64,000 bases of DNA from a bacterium (lineage in GTDB: Bacteria; Electryoneota; Electryoneia; Electryoneales; Electryoneaceae): contig OY769902.1 of NCBI GenBank assembly GCA_963669175.1, positions 1,216,001 to 1,280,000 of the forward strand, given 5' to 3'. Shown piece after piece: positions 59,937 to 64,000 of the stretch. Within the stretch, counting starts at the first letter, position 1. Every line of letters begins with the position of its first letter. The notes below the pieces were generated by a model. The model saw nothing but the letters and a program-made list of their open reading frames with translations. It did no database searches and was not told where the DNA came from. Made by a program: the position numbers and the translations under genes.

Positions 59937-61565
59937 TTACATCATTTCCCAGTCAAGTATTGGTTCTTCACAATCGACCATGGCGTTGACAATCAGCTCC
60001 ACCAGTCCGCCGTAATAAATGCCGCTTTTTTCCTTTGCGCCGAAGTAGTCCAGCATGTCACGGATCGAGCCCTTGCAGTTGGAGCAGGGAGCGCAAACAT
60101 ACTTCGGAGCGTCCGGGTCGTTCAGGTCCGTATCCTGGAACGCTTCAAGGATCTGGCGGAATTTGCGACGGCTGCTGATCTGGTTACGCCAGTCATTGAA
60201 ATTGAACGGCGCCATGATCGCAAAGCCGGAACCGCCACCGCAGCAGTAGTTACGGACACCGTGCGGGGTCATCTCACGGAACTGCGGGCAGAGATAGCGC
60301 AGGATTTCACGTTGCGGCTCCACAATACCCAGGTTGCGAACGATATTGCAGGGATCATGCAAGGTGACCGGGAAATCATTCTTGCTCGGGTCAAACTTGA
60401 TCTTACCACTGAATACGATATCCCGCAGCAGGGTCAGGATGCTTTCACGGTTGGGCAGGTCCACCCCGACACGGTCGGCGATGACGCCCATGGTCTTGGT
60501 TTCGTGGCCGCATTCGCCCATGACAATTTTCTTGACTCCAAGCTTCTTGGCAGAGTCGAAATGACGATGCGCTACACGAGCGAGCTGGACATCATCGTAA
60601 AACAGGCCATAATTGACACCATCATATGCGACCAGGTCGCTGCTCATGGTCCAGCTTATCCCGGCCTTGTTGAAAATTACTGCGGTGGAACCGTGGTTCT
60701 CCGGCCAGGCCAGGAACTCACCGGCGTTTTCGATCAGCAGGATATCTGCGCCCTGCACATCCCAGGGGGTGACGACTTCGAAACCGACACGCTCGGTCAT
60801 GTCTTCATCGATAAACTCGATGTTGTCCTTGACCACGATCTGGTTCATGCCGGTTGAGGAACCAACTTCCATTTGCTGAATGGTGCCCTTGTCATGCAGC
60901 TCACGTGGCGCCCAACCCAGCTCCTGGCTGAACAGCTTGCGCAGGTCGTGAGTGATCAGACCGTTGTCCACGCCAATCGGGCAGGCCTGGGCACAACGGC
61001 GGCAGAGGGTGCAACGATAGCTCAGCTCGTACAACCGTACGATCAGGTTATAGTTCAGCTCGATGTCGCCGTGCTGGAAACGGTTGAACAGGCCCGGCTT
61101 GACATACTTGAAATAGAGACGACGCAATACTTCGGCGCGATAGGTGGGACGATAGACCTCATTACGGCCGCTCTCGATATAAACCTGGCAGTCATCGACA
61201 CAGGTCTGGCAACGAGCGCAGTGTTCCATGGACAGGGTCAACGGTTCCAGGAAGGTCCAGTTGTTTTCCGGGGTGAACAGTTTTTTCAACCCGGCCAAGA
61301 ATTTGTTGACGATTTCCTGTTCCTGCTCCTTTGTCTCCGGTTTTTTGATTCCGGCGGCAAGGGTATCATCCAGGGAAGTGTCGAATGTTTCCCTGTGCGA
61401 ATCTTTTAAAGGCGCAAACGGCGGAATGTTCTCCGGTTTGTCATAAGGTGGTGGCAGCGGAGGCAGATCTTCGGCGCAAACATGGGTCAACTGCTCGACA
61501 TCCTTGCTGATATCTTTTACACTTGCCGGTTCAAGGCGTCCGCAGGTGCAGTTCGGGCATGTCAT
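59937..61565 (-). CDS. DsrK/HdrD-like Fe-S oxidoreductase (CCG domain)
   Basis: CARCQTCVDDC and CTLCRRCAQAC ferredoxin motifs; ECGH, HDPC, YCCGGG and CSNC motifs. Confidence 0.88.
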   Translation of the reverse strand: MTCPNCTCGRLEPASVKDISKDVEQLTHVCAEDLPPLPPPYDKPENIPPFAPLKDSHRETFDTSLDDTLAAGIKKPETKEQEQEIVNKFLAGLKKLFTPENNWTFLEPLTLSMEHCARCQTCVDDCQVYIESGRNEVYRPTYRAEVLRRLYFKYVKPGLFNRFQHGDIELNYNLIVRLYELSYRCTLCRRCAQACPIGVDNGLITHDLRKLFSQELGWAPRELHDKGTIQQMEVGSSTGMNQIVVKDNIEFIDEDMTERVGFEVVTPWDVQGADILLIENAGEFLAWPENHGSTAVIFNKAGISWTMSSDLVAYDGVNYGLFYDDVQLARVAHRHFDSAKKLGVKKIVMGECGHETKTMGVIADRVGVDLPNRESILTLLRDIVFSGKIKFDPSKNDFPVTLHDPCNIVRNLGIVEPQREILRYLCPQFREMTPHGVRNYCCGGGSGFAIMAPFNFNDWRNQISSRRKFRQILEAFQDTDLNDPDAPKYVCAPCSNCKGSIRDMLDYFGAKEKSGIYYGGLVELIVNAMVDCEEPILDWEMM

Positions 61566-61567
61566 CT

Positions 61568-62509
61568 CTATTTCTCCTTCGCTTCAGCATCTTTTTTCGC
61601 AGGCTCACCACCTGTAAATCCTACCAGGTCCACCCAGGTTTTGGACCCGTCCGCCTGGATATGCGGCGCCGCCCAGGTCGGCTTCTGGGTCAGGTTCTTC
61701 GTCAGAGCGTTGCGCATCTTGTCGCCCTGGTTGGGAGCGTCTTCCCAACGGATGTCATGCCACATGAAATACTTGGTGAAGAAATGGGTCATGTGGGTGA
61801 AAGGCAGATACAGCAGGAAGAACAGGACCACGAGAATGTGAACCATAGCTACTGTGGGGTATCCGGTTTTGTACCCGAATACCAGCACGCTGCCCACACT
61901 GGCGGCAAGATGCTCGCTGAACTGCGGGTCAGAAATAAACCAGACGATTCCGGTAATGAAGATGCCCATAATCAACAGCAGGTTGAAGTAATGACTGGTG
62001 GTGTTGTACATCTTCAGCTTCTTGCTGGTCAAACGCATGAAGAAGAGCTGTATGGTGCCGAAAGCGCCAAGGATGTACGCCACTACAGCTACCCAGGTAA
62101 ATACTGTCGTGACAGTGCCAGCCCAGGGGGCGGTCATATCCACGCCCACCAGATCAAGGACAGTAGCTCCGGCCGACGCGATCATCACCACGATCAGCAT
62201 ATACAGCCCGAAGTGCATACCCCAGGAGGGGAACCACATCTTGCGGTTATGTTCCCAGATGCCTTTCAATAACAAGATTTCCTGCATCAGGAAAGCGAAA
62301 TCCGCCATATGATTCGGATGATGGGGCTTGGTCCACCAGTCCACGTCTTCCAGACGTGAGCCACCATGCTTCGCGCGAGCGCCTTCATGCGGCACCGGGT
62401 ACAATTCCCAGCGAAGATGCATCGGGGTTTGAATGATGCGGACCGCCCGCGCCACTATGGCGATCACAAACACCGTCACCACGACATACGTCAACACATT
62501 CCACAGCAT
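61568..62509 (-). CDS. NarI/DsrM/HdrE-like membrane b-type cytochrome
   Basis: Multiple TM helices with His ligands (MHFG, VH..., PFTHMTH); adjacent to the CCG protein. Confidence 0.85.
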   Translation of the reverse strand: MLWNVLTYVVVTVFVIAIVARAVRIIQTPMHLRWELYPVPHEGARAKHGGSRLEDVDWWTKPHHPNHMADFAFLMQEILLLKGIWEHNRKMWFPSWGMHFGLYMLIVVMIASAGATVLDLVGVDMTAPWAGTVTTVFTWVAVVAYILGAFGTIQLFFMRLTSKKLKMYNTTSHYFNLLLIMGIFITGIVWFISDPQFSEHLAASVGSVLVFGYKTGYPTVAMVHILVVLFFLLYLPFTHMTHFFTKYFMWHDIRWEDAPNQGDKMRNALTKNLTQKPTWAAPHIQADGSKTWVDLVGFTGGEPAKKDAEAKEK

Positions 62510-62547
62510 CTGCTGTCCCCCGTGTCTAAGGTTGGAATAAGGTTGTT

Positions 62548-63060
62548 CTACTGTTTGTTGCCTGTTTTGGCGCTTGACGGTAAACGTCCCTGCTTTACCA
62601 ACAAGTCAAGCACCAGCCGCTTCAAGTCTTCTGTACAAGACGCTGCCATACGATAAATTTCACACGTTCGGCATTTGTTCTGTCCACACCCGCCACGTTC
62701 GCTGTTAATCACCCAGCAGGGATCATTAACTCCCTGACGTACCGGGCATTGTCCCCATTCCTCTTCCGTGCATCCGGTCAATTCCCAGCAGGGAAGCAAC
62801 GCCCACAAGCGGCGAATCCCTTCCAGGTTCAGGCCCTTTTTTTTGATCAGGTGCTGGATCAGACGGATACGTGTGATATCTTCTTTGGACAGCAACCGAT
62901 AGCCGCTTTCGGTCCGGAAATAGACAATCAGCCCGGCAGCTTCATACTTGCGTAACGCCGACATGGACAGCCCGGTCAGCTCAGCCGCCTGTCCGATCGT
63001 ATACACCGGTTCCAGCGGGTCTGCATTGTTTGTTCCGGGGTATAAGCAAGTAGATGCCAC
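62548..63060 (-). CDS. MerR-family regulator with Cys-rich (CW...CP...CW...CxxC) C-terminus
   Basis: YTIGQAAELTG...LRKYE..GL...GYR HTH; GTG start after an AAGGA RBS. Confidence 0.88.
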   Translation of the reverse strand: MASTCLYPGTNNADPLEPVYTIGQAAELTGLSMSALRKYEAAGLIVYFRTESGYRLLSKEDITRIRLIQHLIKKKGLNLEGIRRLWALLPCWELTGCTEEEWGQCPVRQGVNDPCWVINSERGGCGQNKCRTCEIYRMAASCTEDLKRLVLDLLVKQGRLPSSAKTGNKQ

Positions 63061-63076
63061 TGTCGTCCTTTGCCAA

Positions 63077-63174
63077 TTGTATATTTCTTCACAAACAAGT
63101 ATAGAATTGTCTGCCGATACTCCTTTGGATCATGCCTCTGTTGCAAAGGTATAAAGTCTACACTTTGAAGTCAA
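63077..63174 (-). promoter_or_regulatory. Promoter TTGACT-17-TACCTT (63174-63146) with spacer palindrome, plus a Rex-like site at 63077-63094
   Basis: AAAGT-CTAC-ACTTT at 63153-63166; TTGTGAAGAAATATACAA on the minus strand. Confidence 0.5.
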
Positions 63175-63377
63175 GGGTTTGGATTTTCTATCTAGTTGAT
63201 AAATATATAGATAGGAAAACCTAACATCAAGTCTAGCTTATTGTGATTTCTGGATATAGTAGTCTAGAATTAAGGCTTGGACTCCGGGAGTACACTACTC
63301 GCCTGACAGGATAATAGGGTACAAGGATGCTGATGAAGAATTTACAGGACGAAAAGGATGCTAAGGATTATAAGGAT

Positions 63378-63709
63378 GGCTGCTCATAAGAATTTGTGCA
63401 TATTATCGACGAGCACGTTTCGTCAGGTCTTGACGTGATGCCTTTTTCTTGTTCTTCTCCGCAATTTCAGACACCTGTCCGACTTCACCGCTGCTATTTC
63501 GCATGATAGATCGTCGTCAGGCATCACGTTGTGACCTGACGACAGCGAGAGTGCTGATACCGGTGGCAGGTCACAACGCGACAATAACAGGACGAGAGGT
63601 GGTTTCAGTATCATGTGCATTCAGAAATACATTGCGAAAGCCGAAAACGGAATGTCGCGTCAAGACCTGCCACAACTCTGCCCGGATGCACAAATTCGTG
63701 TGAGGAACC
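63378..63709 (+). mobile_element. MITE-A copy 4 (332 bp, no TSD visible)
   Basis: Similar to copy 1; flanked by inverted family D arrays. Confidence 0.88.
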
Positions 63710-63875
63710 AGTTTTTTATCCTTGATATCCTTGTTATCCTTTGCATCCTGTACATGGAACCAAGAAGCTCCCCTTGCCATCCTTCTATCCTATCATCCTG
63801 TGAGTAAGTCCTCTATGTTGGACGGGAGATTCTTGATGCGTTGCCCTGTATGAACCTTAGGGGTTACTTTCTGTC

Positions 63876-64000
63876 ATGGAACAACGAACCACACATCCGC
63901 CAGTCATTATTCTCGTTGGGCCGACAGCTTCCGGGAAAACATCGGTCGCGGTGGACTGGGCGCTACGGAATAATGCGGAAGTGGTCAATGCTGATTCCCG
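63876..64000 (+). CDS. miaA: tRNA dimethylallyltransferase, 5' part (runs off the window)
   Basis: Manual translation MEQRTTHPPVIILVGPTASGKTSVA...AEVVNADS. Confidence 0.9.
   Translation, partial: MEQRTTHPPVIILVGPTASGKTSVAVDWALRNNAEVVNADS

Overview
A 64-kb chromosomal segment (about 50-55% GC). It probably comes from an anaerobic diderm bacterium of the FCB-like group; this is inferred from a Por/T9SS-type C-terminal domain, TamAB, DsrMK/Hdr-like genes and the folB-folK-dnk order. Housekeeping and envelope genes include queA, TM2/DUF2752, GDPD, tamAB, large secreted proteins, a CBS+SLC13 transporter, two MacB-like permeases, split transketolase, dsbD, pyrG, rlmI-like, folBK, dnk, galE-like, gmhB, wecB, vapBC, a PAS kinase with response regulators beside a DsrMK-like module, and miaA. 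The intergenic spacers are packed with nested repeats. The main find is an intact IS110-family (IS1111-type) element, 42861-44337, inserted into a host REP-like repeat. Its ends rebuild a TTGACT-17-TATAAT promoter on circularisation. Its downstream non-coding region folds into a bridge/seek-type RNA whose loop carries two guides spelling the target GAAACTGTCCCCT, and four perfect empty copies of that target lie in this window. Also present are a 333-bp MITE family with 8-bp TSDs, an IS50/Tn5-like-ended MITE with a 10-bp TSD, three duplicated transcript 3' ends, a candidate sigma28-driven sRNA and Rex-like operators. No CRISPR array, tRNA or rRNA was recognised. All calls were made by eye; no searches were run.
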